This document shows, in pieces, positions 7,365 to 17,900 of a stretch of 64,000 nt of DNA (within the stretch, counting starts at the first letter, position 1; each line of letters opens with the position of its first letter). A program made the translations under genes and the position numbers. Source of the stretch: Candidatus Ryanbacteria bacterium CG10_big_fil_rev_8_21_14_0_10_43_42 (GTDB lineage: Bacteria > Patescibacteriota > Minisyncoccia > Ryanbacterales > 2-02-FULL-48-12); the NCBI GenBank assembly GCA_002793915.1, contig PFEF01000003.1, positions 18,854-82,853 of the forward strand, in the 5' to 3' direction. The notes beneath the pieces are model-generated. The model had not been told where the DNA came from and ran no database searches. It saw only the letters and a program-made list of their open reading frames with translations.

Positions 7365-9305
7365 TTAATCTTTCCATAAATTATTTGCCGCATACTTCAG
7401 CACCACATCCACGCAATACTCACAGTAACCACCGTCAAGCATGCTACGCACCATGGTCCCGTACTTATCTGTTTGCTCTTCATCCCGGGTGCGAGCTTTG
7501 GTGATGATGCGGCTAATGTCCCGCACCGAAGCCATGAGCTTTTTTTCTATGGCTTCTTTGAGGGGCTCATAACTCTGGTATGAGATACTCTCACCCCGCC
7601 TGCCACACGCCCACAAATAGGCAATCACTTCTTGGCGGAAGCCGTCGGCGGCGGATCCGATAATCGCAATCTGTTCTTCCACCGATTTAAGAAATGCCTC
7701 ATCCGGCTGAAGCTCTTCACGAGTGTTGGCATCTCTGACTTTAGTTTTATTCACATGCGCCTCGGCGTGGTCCAGATAATTCTGAAACAACGTCTCTGCC
7801 TGTTCTTGATATGAATAAACAAACGCTTTGGTAATCTCTTTCTCCACGAGCTCCAGATACTCCTTATGCAAGGTATCCTGGAGAAACTCGAGATACATCT
7901 TACGTATGTCGTCAGCCATGTCTTGATCCTTGACCATACTAATCATGGCTTCCCGCACGTTAATCGGGTTAATGCATTTACCGGATTCGGCAAGCGCATT
8001 ATCAAGCGCTTTCATGATAAAGCGGGTTGAGATACCGAAAAGACCCTCGCGTTTGGCCTCATCGTGCAACTCTTGGATATTGATCTTCTTTGTCCGTCCT
8101 TTCTCGACCACTTCTTCGCCGTTATACAGCGCCAGTTTTGTCATTAGATCACACTTTGGAGTCGGTTCGAGTCGGGATAAGACGGCAAACATCGACGCCA
8201 TCTCTAGTGTGTGAGGCGCTACGTGAGCATCAAAAGACGATTTCTGCAAGATCTTCTGATAAATCTTGACCTCTTCAGACATCCGCAGATTATACGGAAC
8301 TTTGACGACCACAATACGGTCAAGAATCGCTTCGTTGGTGTGATCGGCTTTGAACTTTTGCCACTCGGCCTCGTTTGAGTGGGCAACAATAACCGAGTCT
8401 ATATACACCGTGCCGTGCCGTCCGGGCGCAGGGACGAACTTCTCTTGAGTTGCCGTAATCATGGCATGCAGGTATTCTGTTTCATTCTTAAATACCTCAA
8501 TAAATTCAACCATGCCACGGTTGCCCACATTAAACGCCCCGTTCAGTTCTAGCACGCGAGGATCACCTTCGGAGTACATATCGAGCTTAGAGATATCCTC
8601 TGATCCGATCAATACGGACGTATCTTGGTTGTTCGGATCAACCGGCGGAACAACACCAATGCCACGCCGGTTACGTTTAGAAAATTCCACCTGGACGATG
8701 GGAAACTCTTCATAGCGTGCGCCAAATTCGTCCTTAAGCCGATGCCGGCAAATGGGACACAAATCTCCTTCGATATGGACATCAAGCATCTTCTCGAATT
8801 CCTTGCGCAGATGACGCGGAACAAGATGCAATGGCTCTTCGAACATTGGACAGCCTTCAATGGCATAGACCGACTCGGCTTCTTCCAGACCCCTCTGCAA
8901 TTTTTCAACCAGCGAGCTTTTGCCCGATCCAACCGGTCCCATCAGGTACAACACCTGGCGACTTTCCTCTCCCTTTAATGAAGCTGAATGAAAATAACGA
9001 ACAATCCGTGCCGCCGTTCGTTCAATACCAAAAAATTCATCTTTGAAAAAGTTGTAAACCTTGAGGGGTTCATCTTTGTACAAGCGCCCCACTCGTGGAT
9101 CATCGGATTCGGTGATCTCCGACATACCCTGGGCAATCATCATATTGTACAGACGACTGTGCGCAAGTCGGGTTATGCCCGGATTCTTTCGGACTTCTTC
9201 AAGGTAATCGATCAACGTTCCCTGCCATTCTACCCTTTGATGACTCGCCCTGTCCTTGGTAATCATAGTCTCGAACTGTTCCCGTGATGCCTGTTGCTGT
9301 GCCAT
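7365..9305 (-). CDS. prkA: PrkA-family serine protein kinase (AAA+ N-domain)
   Basis: 646 aa. P-loop LMGPVGSGKSSLVEKL and a typical PrkA N-terminus (GTLIDYLEEVRKNPGITRLAHSRLYNMM). GGAGGA SD 4 nt upstream of the ATG. Confidence 0.85.
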   Translation of the reverse strand: MAQQQASREQFETMITKDRASHQRVEWQGTLIDYLEEVRKNPGITRLAHSRLYNMMIAQGMSEITESDDPRVGRLYKDEPLKVYNFFKDEFFGIERTAARIVRYFHSASLKGEESRQVLYLMGPVGSGKSSLVEKLQRGLEEAESVYAIEGCPMFEEPLHLVPRHLRKEFEKMLDVHIEGDLCPICRHRLKDEFGARYEEFPIVQVEFSKRNRRGIGVVPPVDPNNQDTSVLIGSEDISKLDMYSEGDPRVLELNGAFNVGNRGMVEFIEVFKNETEYLHAMITATQEKFVPAPGRHGTVYIDSVIVAHSNEAEWQKFKADHTNEAILDRIVVVKVPYNLRMSEEVKIYQKILQKSSFDAHVAPHTLEMASMFAVLSRLEPTPKCDLMTKLALYNGEEVVEKGRTKKINIQELHDEAKREGLFGISTRFIMKALDNALAESGKCINPINVREAMISMVKDQDMADDIRKMYLEFLQDTLHKEYLELVEKEITKAFVYSYQEQAETLFQNYLDHAEAHVNKTKVRDANTREELQPDEAFLKSVEEQIAIIGSAADGFRQEVIAYLWACGRRGESISYQSYEPLKEAIEKKLMASVRDISRIITKARTRDEEQTDKYGTMVRSMLDGGYCEYCVDVVLKYAANNLWKD

Positions 9306-9407
9306 GCTATCCTCCGTATGTTATAGGGTTATATTTCAATTTTAATGAACACATCATCAACTACACCTTACAAAAGCACATAAATATATCTTAGTCTATA
9401 TATAACG

Positions 9408-9436
9408 TTATCAAATATTATCGTTTATGATATAGT
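9408..9436 (+). promoter_or_regulatory. putative sigma70-type promoter for tRNA-Ile (TTATCA-17-TATAGT)
   Basis: Hexamers with a 17-nt spacer about 25 nt upstream of the tRNA 5' end. By eye only. Confidence 0.3.
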
Positions 9437-9460
9437 GTATAGGCACTATTTACAGCTATT

Positions 9461-9532
9461 CGGTCTGTAGCTCAATGGTAGAGCGCTGAGCTTATACCTC
9501 AGTGGTTGTAGGTTCGATCCCTACCAGACCGA
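9461..9532 (+). tRNA. tRNA-Ile (anticodon TAT)
   Basis: Manual fold: acceptor CGGTCTG/CAGACCG, D-arm GCTC-AATGGTA-GAGC, anticodon stem CTGAG/CTCAG with loop CTTATAC (34-36 = TAT), T-arm GTAGG-TTCGATC-CCTAC, discriminator A. Confidence 0.7.
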
Positions 9533-9539
9533 CAAAAAA

Positions 9540-9559
9540 CTCCCTTTCGGGAGCTTTTT
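9540..9559. terminator. rho-independent terminator (CTCCC-tttc-GGGAG + TTTTT), bidirectional: tRNA-Ile (+) and ftsH (-)
   Basis: Hairpin followed by a T-run on the plus strand and preceded by AAAAAA, which gives a T-run on the minus strand. Confidence 0.6.
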
Positions 9560-9565
9560 ACTTTC

Positions 9566-11440
9566 TTATACCGCCTGCGCCGGCGAAATACCCATAATTT
9601 TATTAAACATATCGCGTTCGATAGTTTCGTGTTCCAGCAAATATTCAGCAATTTCGGCAAGTTTTCCTTTCTTTTCTTTGAGTATTGTTTGCGCCTTTAC
9701 AAGAGCTTCTTTCATAAAACGCGATACTTCCGTATCCACCTGTGAAGCAACTTCCTCCGAATATTTTTTCTCATGCCCAATGTCGCGTCCGAGAAATACC
9801 ATGTCGCTTTGATCATCCCAGGCAACCGGACCTATTTTTTCAGACATACCGTACCGTGTTACCAAACTGCGCGCTATAGAAGTTGCCTTGCGGATATCGT
9901 CGGATGATCCGGTAGTAAGCTCGCCAAATATAAACTCTTCAGCCGCATACCCTCCAAGAGAAACCGCCAATTCGTCCAAGAAGTGATCTTTTGAGTAGTA
10001 ATGTTTGTCTTCCGTTGGTAATTTCATAGTATATCCGCCGGCACGCCCACGAGATATAATGGAAATTTTATGCACGGGATCCGTATTGGGAAGCGACGCC
10101 GCCACCAGCGCGTGCCCCGCTTCGTGATATGCCGTAATTTTTTTCTCTTTGTCTGAAAATACCTTACTTTTACGCTCCGGTCCGAGAAGTACTTTTTCTA
10201 TAGATGTAAGAACGTCCATTTGATTCACCTCCTTTCTGTTTTCACGCGCCGCCGCTATAGCCGCTTCATTTACAAGATTTGCCAAATCGGCTCCGGAAAA
10301 TCCGGGCGTACGCTCCGCAATACGACGCAAATCAATATCGCCCGCCATATGCTTTTTTATCACGTGCACCGCTAAAATAGCTTCTCTGTCTTTAATATCG
10401 GGCAAATCAAGAACAACCCTTCTATCAAACCGTCCCGGGCGAAGAAGCGCCGGATCAAGCACGTCCGGACGGTTCGTTGCCGCCATTACAATTACTTGGT
10501 CTGATGTTTCAAATCCATCCATTTCGGTAAGGATCTGGTTAAGCGTTTGTTCACGCTCATCATGTCCGCCACCGAGACCTGCACCACGATGACGCCCCAC
10601 CGCATCAATTTCGTCTACGAATATAATAGAGGGAGCGGTCTTCTTCGCGGTACGAAACAAATCCCGTACACGACTTGCGCCCACACCCACAAACATTTCA
10701 ACAAATTCGGAAGCCGACATATGAAAAAACGGCACGCCAGCCTCTCCCGCAACCGCTTTTGCAAGCAGTGTTTTTCCCGTACCGGGACTTCCCATAAGAA
10801 GTACTCCGCGCGGAATGCGAGCACCGATATCCAAAAATTTCTTCGGATTTTTAAGAAAATCCACAATTTCTTCAAGTTCCTCCTTTGCTTCTGCGGATCC
10901 GGCAACATCCTTGAATGTAACACGATCTCCTTTTTTATCCTGCGGATTAATAACGCGTGCCCGCGACTGGCCAAACATCATAGCCTGTCCATTCGAACGC
11001 TGAACCTGCCGCATGGTAAGCCAGATAAATAAACCGATAAGCAAAATAGGAAGGAGAAACGGCAGAACGGTCGCCGCCCAAAACGCAAGTCCCGACGGCT
11101 CCTTTACTTCGATTGTTATGCTTTCCAAAAGCGCCGGACTGACGCCATAATTTACGAGCGTTTCCGTAAGAGCCGCGTCTGATTCTTTCTTTGTCGTCTG
11201 CACAACCTCATTAACAAGAGTTATTTCAAGCTTATCTTGCTGTACGGTTATACGCTCCACGTCACCAGCCTTGATTTCCGTTACCAGACGGGACAGCGTA
11301 ATTTCCTCCGGCTCCTCGTTGGTTACAAATGAAGCATAGACCGCCGTTAGAATGAAAAAAATTAAAACGGCGTAAAGGATATTCTTTCCGAATAACGTAA
11401 CCGGATTTTTCATTATGGGCTTTTTAATGGGATTTTTCAT
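9566..11440 (-). CDS. ftsH: ATP-dependent zinc metalloprotease FtsH
   Basis: N-terminal transmembrane helices, AAA Walker A GPPGTGKT, second region of homology, HEAGHA zinc motif. 624 aa. Confidence 0.95.
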   Translation of the reverse strand: MKNPIKKPIMKNPVTLFGKNILYAVLIFFILTAVYASFVTNEEPEEITLSRLVTEIKAGDVERITVQQDKLEITLVNEVVQTTKKESDAALTETLVNYGVSPALLESITIEVKEPSGLAFWAATVLPFLLPILLIGLFIWLTMRQVQRSNGQAMMFGQSRARVINPQDKKGDRVTFKDVAGSAEAKEELEEIVDFLKNPKKFLDIGARIPRGVLLMGSPGTGKTLLAKAVAGEAGVPFFHMSASEFVEMFVGVGASRVRDLFRTAKKTAPSIIFVDEIDAVGRHRGAGLGGGHDEREQTLNQILTEMDGFETSDQVIVMAATNRPDVLDPALLRPGRFDRRVVLDLPDIKDREAILAVHVIKKHMAGDIDLRRIAERTPGFSGADLANLVNEAAIAAARENRKEVNQMDVLTSIEKVLLGPERKSKVFSDKEKKITAYHEAGHALVAASLPNTDPVHKISIISRGRAGGYTMKLPTEDKHYYSKDHFLDELAVSLGGYAAEEFIFGELTTGSSDDIRKATSIARSLVTRYGMSEKIGPVAWDDQSDMVFLGRDIGHEKKYSEEVASQVDTEVSRFMKEALVKAQTILKEKKGKLAEIAEYLLEHETIERDMFNKIMGISPAQAV

Positions 11441-11534
11441 GAATTATGTTATGTGAATTAATCAATAGAAACATACAGATAAAACGTCTCTGTTATACTC
11501 CAGGGTACAATTATTGTACCACAATGGCAAGGAT

Positions 11535-13040
11535 TTATCGTAATTCTTTTTCTATATCGATCTCCGCCATTTCCGCCAAATCTGATTTTTGAGGCTGATT
11601 TTTTCGAAGCGCCGAAGATAATTTGGCAAGTATAATTCCTACCTCCGGGACAACTCCCATTGACGATGTGGCGATTCCCTTTCGAAATACAAGTTTAAAG
11701 ATACGCGGTACCCCTTGAGCAATGCTACTGCCGAAACGCGGCACGGAATCTACAATAAGAAACTCGCCATCATTTTTTATATCTTCCATGAATATACCCG
11801 CCCGGATATATGTAAGTTCGCTTGTTTCATGATTATATCTGTAAATTCCCGTTTGCAGAGGAAGCGTCATTTTCTGTATACCATGCGGCACAAGAGCGAT
11901 ATGCGATAGTGGCAAACGTTGCTTTATCGCCGCATTTACTTTTTCAAAATCGAATTGAACATCAATGCCAAGGTGCGCCGCTATATGGAAAAACTCCATG
12001 GGCGGTACTCCCTGCATCATCAACATTTGCGAGTGCATAGGAAATGCTCCGGTAAAGCGCGGATTACATTCTATAGGATACAGGTCATGTGTTTCTTTGT
12101 TGTAAATAAAATCAATACCAAAAACTCCCTTGTATCCCTTACGTGATAGGTATAATCCTATTTCCTCTACAATATGCTGTGCCGTTTTTACCGTTTCATC
12201 CGGCCATGAATGAAAAATCCAATCATTACCAAGAAATGTTCCCGTTGCCGCACTCCCGTGTAATGATTCCGGTACATCTATTAACTGCAACTGCAAGGTA
12301 GACGTAAGAACGCCGCGCGCCGTAACGCATCCAAGCATGGAAGGCGCAAAACCTTCTATAAAAGGAGAGATGAGAATCTCATTGAAACGATTATCACCGG
12401 AAAGAATATCTCGGCACATATGCCAATCATCCTTCGTATGCAAAAAGAATGTTCCCAAATTACCACTCACTTCAAGATCCGCTCGCTGAACCACCACCGA
12501 TGTTTGCCACTTACCATGCAAATCATCATATGATAACTTCAAAAACTCTTCGCGGGACATGCGCCATTCCGGCATAGTAGGAAGTTTTAGCTGTTTTATA
12601 AGATCACGAAACTCCCCTTTAAGCTGTGTTCCCTCATAGTTTTTTGGCGTATTACCTATCCAATCAATACCAAGCTTATCAAGCGTTTCCGCAGTTCGCC
12701 TAGTTGCTAAATTAATCATGAGCCGGTAGGGTTTTTTCCACGATTTGAGAAATCCTTGAAATATATAATTATTCACCAGATAACCAAGGGCATGTACTTT
12801 AGCGGCAATCCGCGGATGATGTTCTTCCAGACAAAAAATCTTTGCATGTTTCCGCAACATGTCCAAATCGACACTGTCTTTGACGCAATAAATAGCGTAG
12901 TTATCGAGAAAAAGCGCCGGTATAATACGATTATACGGCTCTATCCCTACAGCTATAATTGTTTTTTCCTGCATGTTCTTCAGTACATCTCCCAGATTAT
13001 GAATATACTTTTGCCATGCCAAGAAGCGTGTCTTGTCCAT
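11535..13040 (-). CDS. ATP-grasp domain protein (carboxylate-amine/thiol ligase superfamily), substrate unknown
   Basis: C-terminal half contains FGIDFIYNKETHDLYPIECNPRFTG, the E-x-N-x-R catalytic loop typical of ATP-grasp enzymes, preceded by a Rossmann-like pre-ATP-grasp N-domain. No SD. Confidence 0.65.
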   Translation of the reverse strand: MDKTRFLAWQKYIHNLGDVLKNMQEKTIIAVGIEPYNRIIPALFLDNYAIYCVKDSVDLDMLRKHAKIFCLEEHHPRIAAKVHALGYLVNNYIFQGFLKSWKKPYRLMINLATRRTAETLDKLGIDWIGNTPKNYEGTQLKGEFRDLIKQLKLPTMPEWRMSREEFLKLSYDDLHGKWQTSVVVQRADLEVSGNLGTFFLHTKDDWHMCRDILSGDNRFNEILISPFIEGFAPSMLGCVTARGVLTSTLQLQLIDVPESLHGSAATGTFLGNDWIFHSWPDETVKTAQHIVEEIGLYLSRKGYKGVFGIDFIYNKETHDLYPIECNPRFTGAFPMHSQMLMMQGVPPMEFFHIAAHLGIDVQFDFEKVNAAIKQRLPLSHIALVPHGIQKMTLPLQTGIYRYNHETSELTYIRAGIFMEDIKNDGEFLIVDSVPRFGSSIAQGVPRIFKLVFRKGIATSSMGVVPEVGIILAKLSSALRKNQPQKSDLAEMAEIDIEKELR

Positions 13041-13159
13041 AAAAATATACTACTCACATTATGTCATGCTTATATATAAACTTAAACATCACATCATGTG
13101 ATTATACACTGATCCAAATATGATAGTGGGGCAGAATGCGATTGCATCTGCCCCAGAGT

Positions 13160-14056
13160 TTATGCAGCAACTATTTCCACCACGGAAGCGACTGAATGAA
13201 TTTTTTCAATTGGCGGGAGTTGCCCCTTCACCGGGGCGTCAGAAACAAGAAAATGAACTGCCGTCATTGACTCAAGGACCGGGAGGTCGCCATGTTCCTC
13301 CTCCACCGCCTTCCGGTGAACAAAGTAGGATTGTTGATCCTCAATATCCCACACGCGGCCGGTGCCGGTAACACCGTTAAAATACATAACCACCCCGCGG
13401 TGCCATTGATCGCTTTTCGGATTTGGCACCTCCGGCGGATTCCAAGCTACAGCGGGCACCTTATGTTTTTGCATAACTTTCTCGATGCTTTCCGCGGCAT
13501 ATCTGGTAACCAGATCGCCAACTTGGTCCCATATGCCGGAGAACGAAGCTCCCGGATAGGCGTTAGACGCTTCTAACGCCACCACGTCATACCCGCCGCG
13601 CTTTTTAACGGCTTGACCAAGGAAAATCTTCTCAACGTATTGAAAAAACTTTCCCCTCCAAGTGACAATTGACCATTCTTCCTGGACAAACGATCCATCC
13701 TTGTAGATCGTTAGAAGATCTACATTATCTTTCCCTGTTTCCCGAGTATGTGGAATGTCTACACCGCGATATCCTTGACTCCATCGGACCGGCACTGCCA
13801 TGGTAAAGGACGTCTGTCCCGTTACCTTTTTTGGTTCTCCTTCCTTTCGAGCATTAAACCAAAAGCGTTCTACTACGGGTTCATCCTCTTCACGCCCGCT
13901 GGTATCCACCGTAAAGATGATTTTATCTGGCGTTCTCCCGGTGAGCATAATCTTTCGCCACATCGCTTCACCGCTTGATGTGGAATAAGCATTCCGGGTT
14001 CCGGCAAAATCGCTAACCGTCATGGTCACTCCATGGAAATTAATCGAAGAATTCAT
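13160..14056 (-). CDS. hypothetical protein with C-terminal cold-shock (CSD/OB-fold) domain
   Basis: The C-terminal ~70 aa (GVVMYFNGVTGTGRVWDIEDQQSYFVHRKAV) match the CspA pattern G.V.WFN..KGFGFI....VFVH with RNP1/RNP2-like motifs. The N-terminal ~220 aa are unassigned. The start is set at MNSSI (14056) because AAGGAGAG lies 4 nt upstream; the ORF-track start 14074 falls within that SD. Confidence 0.6.
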   Translation of the reverse strand: MNSSINFHGVTMTVSDFAGTRNAYSTSSGEAMWRKIMLTGRTPDKIIFTVDTSGREEDEPVVERFWFNARKEGEPKKVTGQTSFTMAVPVRWSQGYRGVDIPHTRETGKDNVDLLTIYKDGSFVQEEWSIVTWRGKFFQYVEKIFLGQAVKKRGGYDVVALEASNAYPGASFSGIWDQVGDLVTRYAAESIEKVMQKHKVPAVAWNPPEVPNPKSDQWHRGVVMYFNGVTGTGRVWDIEDQQSYFVHRKAVEEEHGDLPVLESMTAVHFLVSDAPVKGQLPPIEKIHSVASVVEIVAA

Positions 14057-14236
14057 ATTCTCTCCTTTTGTCAAAGTTTTTTATTCTGGTAAGAATTTAT
14101 CATACTTTATTACTTTTGTCAATAGAATTCGTCTGTTTCATTCATAAAAACTCTTATTTTTTGGGCATTTTTCAAACTTTATAATGATATTCTCGATAGT
14201 TATGTATATGAACAAAAAAAGCCCGATTAAGGGACT

Positions 14237-14806
14237 TTAGGCGGCAATTTGATACCGATTTTTTATATAATATTTTTTTAATTCGGAAAAAAGGCGCATT
14301 GCCTCCTTCTCCTGCGGCTCCTTTTTTTGGGGCGCGAAAAGCAAAATGCCTCTGTCTCCATATTTTTCAAGAGCTATTGAAATTCCCTCCCGTGAACTCT
14401 TAACATCCACATTAAACCGAAACCCTCCTTCCGCATCGGACGCAAGACCAAAAAAATCAATACCGCGTCTGTCCGGCGCACTTTGTTTTAATGTTTCTTC
14501 AACCCATGCGATAAATCCGTGAGCTTGCAGATATCGAAATAATTCTGCCACATAATCCTGGGACGCCTTTCCTCTTTTCTCTCCCTGAACCTCTTTACAA
14601 AGCGCGACCACCCGCTCCCATTCCCGTTTCCCTTTACACCTCCTGTATATCTTAGGGCCATTGTAATCCTTAACATCATTCGCCTTTATACCCGGGGAAC
14701 TCATGGGCTGTATGGTCATACAAATACTACCTGCGCGTGATGGCGGTACATACACGCATACAGTAGTGCAGATAGTACTCCGCATACTTTCTTCCTGATA
14801 GCACAT
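14237..14806 (-). CDS. hypothetical protein (no recognisable domain)
   Basis: 189-aa ORF. The first ATG is preceded by a perfect AAAGGAGGA SD (4-nt spacing). Basic central region. Confidence 0.55.
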   Translation of the reverse strand: MCYQEESMRSTICTTVCVYVPPSRAGSICMTIQPMSSPGIKANDVKDYNGPKIYRRCKGKREWERVVALCKEVQGEKRGKASQDYVAELFRYLQAHGFIAWVEETLKQSAPDRRGIDFFGLASDAEGGFRFNVDVKSSREGISIALEKYGDRGILLFAPQKKEPQEKEAMRLFSELKKYYIKNRYQIAA

Positions 14807-14933
14807 GATCCACGTCCTCCTTTGGAGTATTTGAAGCGATTAATTTGTTTTATGATAACAATTTCATTCCATGACACACTACTGTGGATATCTTTACATG
14901 TCAATATGATCGCAAAATTCCTATACTGTATGT

Positions 14934-17900
14934 ATGGAGAAAAAGAGAAAATCGTTCATAGATGGACGGGACGCCCTTAATATACTTAGGGAAGCGTTTA
15001 CGTCCCGTGATAAAAAAACACCACCCTTTTCGGGACATATTGCGGAACTTCAAAAATCACTGCACGGCCCCGAAGCGCATACCGTAGCTATTGATACCGA
15101 GAAAAGCAGTGATACCCTTAACGAAACTCCGCCTTTAACAACCAATCTGGGAGATGTATTTAAAAGGGCAAAACAAAAAGCCGAAAGCAATGCCTCATCT
15201 TCCACGGAAACAAATCCTTCGTTGAAAAACGGAGAATTACCGCCCGAAAAAACACCGGGAGAAAACGCCACCCTGCATAATGCCGCGGCCAGAATATTAC
15301 GCGGGGAAACGCCGCTTCCCCATGAACAAGAGGTTCTTGAAAATGAGCTCGAGAAAGCCGGTATTAATGAGGAAGTCAAGACGGAAAAAGAACTCTCTCC
15401 TGAAAAAAATAGCCCCGGTATCTCTGATAAGGAACGTAATGAATATGTGGACAGATTATTGACTCGCATGAGAAATGGCACCGGAAAGGGGTACGGACAA
15501 GGTCAGGGCGCAGGGCCGGGATATGAAGAAACGTGGTTGCGAGGATGGATGGCGGAACAAATGGCGGAACATGCTAATAGTCCTTCCATACAGGAAGAAA
15601 TACGCGCTATTGGTGAGCGCGCTCTTGCGTTGGAGAAAGAGAAAAAAAACGCTGACGATGCCCCCAAAATGCCCCCCGCTCCCATCCCGGAAACGGATTC
15701 CAAAGAGGTGGTAACATTAGCGGATCATTCTCCAGATACCGAAGAAGACAAAAAAGAAACGGGGAACAATCTTCCCGAAACCATCCTTATAACACCGGAA
15801 AACATTCCCGTACCCGAAGAAAATGCTCTTGCGATCGTACAGGATACTCATCCTAAGTCTGATGCGGTGTCCGAGCAAGTTGATACGCCAATGGAAGAAC
15901 ACCCTCCGGTAAAGGAAGGTCTTAAAAAAACGGAACAAGTTGCATTATTTATCCAAAAATATGATGCATTATTGGAAGCACTGGAGACAAAACGCCCTAC
16001 CGCCGAGGAACAACTTGAACGTCTTGCTCGTGGCATTGCCCAAAGGACGCAATTTAATGTTAGGGAAATTGAACAACGTTTGGCTGATGCGGAAGATGAC
16101 GGAGACAAGGTAATGTACGAAAAAGCAATTGAACTCATTAAGGAAGAAATCACCCCAGACGAAGAATCCTTCGCCCAAGAACATGTAAACGCATCAGAAA
16201 AAAAGGAAGAAGATATACCGGAAAACATTCCCGTACCCGAAGAAAATGCTCTTGCGAGCATAGCGAAAAAAACGGAACATCCTCCGGAACAGCAAGAAGA
16301 ATACTCTCCGATAAAGAAAGAAGACCTACCGGAAAAACCATTACGTGAAGAGAAAGAGGAGGAAGAGAAGGAGAAGGAGGAAGAGAAAATAGCCCGACTT
16401 GGTGTGGCATGGAAAGCCCTTAATGAACAAGTAGAGGAAGAGCGGAAAAAGCAGGAAGACGCGGAAAAGAAACGGAGAACAGATACCACAAAACGGGAGC
16501 AACCACTGGATCCAAATGATCTCCCCTCTGAAAAAAAAGAGCAAACGGATACTCCTAATACCGAAAACATCACGGCACACCGTGAGCAACCGATGTCTCA
16601 CATAACTCCGCGCGTTGAACAAGTGTTTAAAACATCGGGTATTCCGCTTGAACATATTAGGGAGATTCCCGGATATGAAAAGCTCTCCGAGGGACAACTT
16701 ATTCTTCTCTGCCGCAACATACAAGAGATGACTGTTGGTTTTGTGCATCGAGAAGCACATACGCAATTCGAACAGGACGCAAATACATCAGATGCCACGA
16801 AGTGGCTATCGGAAAAAATGGAAAGTTTTATTGACACAAAAGCAAAAAAATATCCGTGGATGGAACAACTTTACAAAGGCCTTGCCATTGGAAGCACGTT
16901 TACACATTTCCTTGGCAACGCATGGCACCGTGCTACGGAAGATGTTCAGCTTGAAAAGCGCCGTGAACATGCCCTTATGAACAAAGAGCTTTTCTTTAAT
17001 GATCCAACTACGAAAAATCATATACGCATACTTGCGGACCGCCTACAGGAAGGACCTGACGTTATTATTCACGGAAAAAATATCGAACTTCATTATTTAT
17101 CAGAAAATATAATGGATCCCTATTGGGAAAAACTTCCCGCTCATGACCGCATTAAGGCAAAAGCCATTCTCACTTCATTTAATAAATCCGTATGGAAATT
17201 CCAAGAAACTCCTTTCGCCAAAGATAAAGAACATAAAAAAGAAAAAGCATTTGTAAAAAACCGCGATAAACTTCTTGCCGTTATCAATAACCCCGATTTT
17301 TCAGCCTACATGACACGCATTGAAGGAGTGGCACGTGAACAAAAATTTCTGCGTAGTAACGAAGACGCCGCTAAGTACCTTGCTTGCGTGGAAGATAAAT
17401 CGGCATTGTGGGCGGCCTACGGAAAGATGGCATTGGAAAGAGGTACGAGCGTCGTACTGGGGCGGACCGTACGGGCCGGCATTAACGGTTTAACCGGTTT
17501 TATTGCATATCCGCTAGCAGGCGCCGCCGGAGCTGCTGTTGCGGGAGTCGGCGTTCATGGTCTTTTGCGCAGGGGACGCGTTCGTCGGGAGGAAACCATT
17601 AAACGCGAACAGGGCGTAACAAATGCACTTCGCCCATATATGAACGCTAGTAATCTTAGTCGTCGTTTCGAAACGCTCCTTTCCCGAACGGAAACAACGA
17701 CGGATAAAAAGAGTCGTGAAAGAAATCTTCTCTTCCTTGAACGACTCGTACACGCCACGGAAGGACGCGCCGAAGAAGGTCTTATTACCTATGGAGAAAA
17801 AGAGAAAGCCGGATCAGTGGAAGTAAACCGTTATGAACTTGGTATGCATATTGCAAAAGCACGCGTTTTACTTGCCCAAGAACATCTTGATAAAGAAAAA

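Noticed and set aside
13120-13371. 83-aa plus-strand ORF overlapping the 3' end of the CSD-fusion gene
   Set aside because: Overlaps the CSD-coding region on the opposite strand; Pro/Gly-rich translation without start-site signals.
14807-14933. Candidate sigma70 promoter for the giant gene (TTTACA ... TATACT)
   Set aside because: The hexamer spacing is 23 nt, outside the functional range; not reported as a feature.
15848-16766. Several minus-strand ORFs (241 aa, 141 aa, 86 aa, 71 aa) antisense to the giant gene
   Set aside because: Ser/Phe-rich low-complexity translations produced by the antisense strand of the GA-rich (E/K-coding) region. Entirely contained in the 1411-aa ORF.
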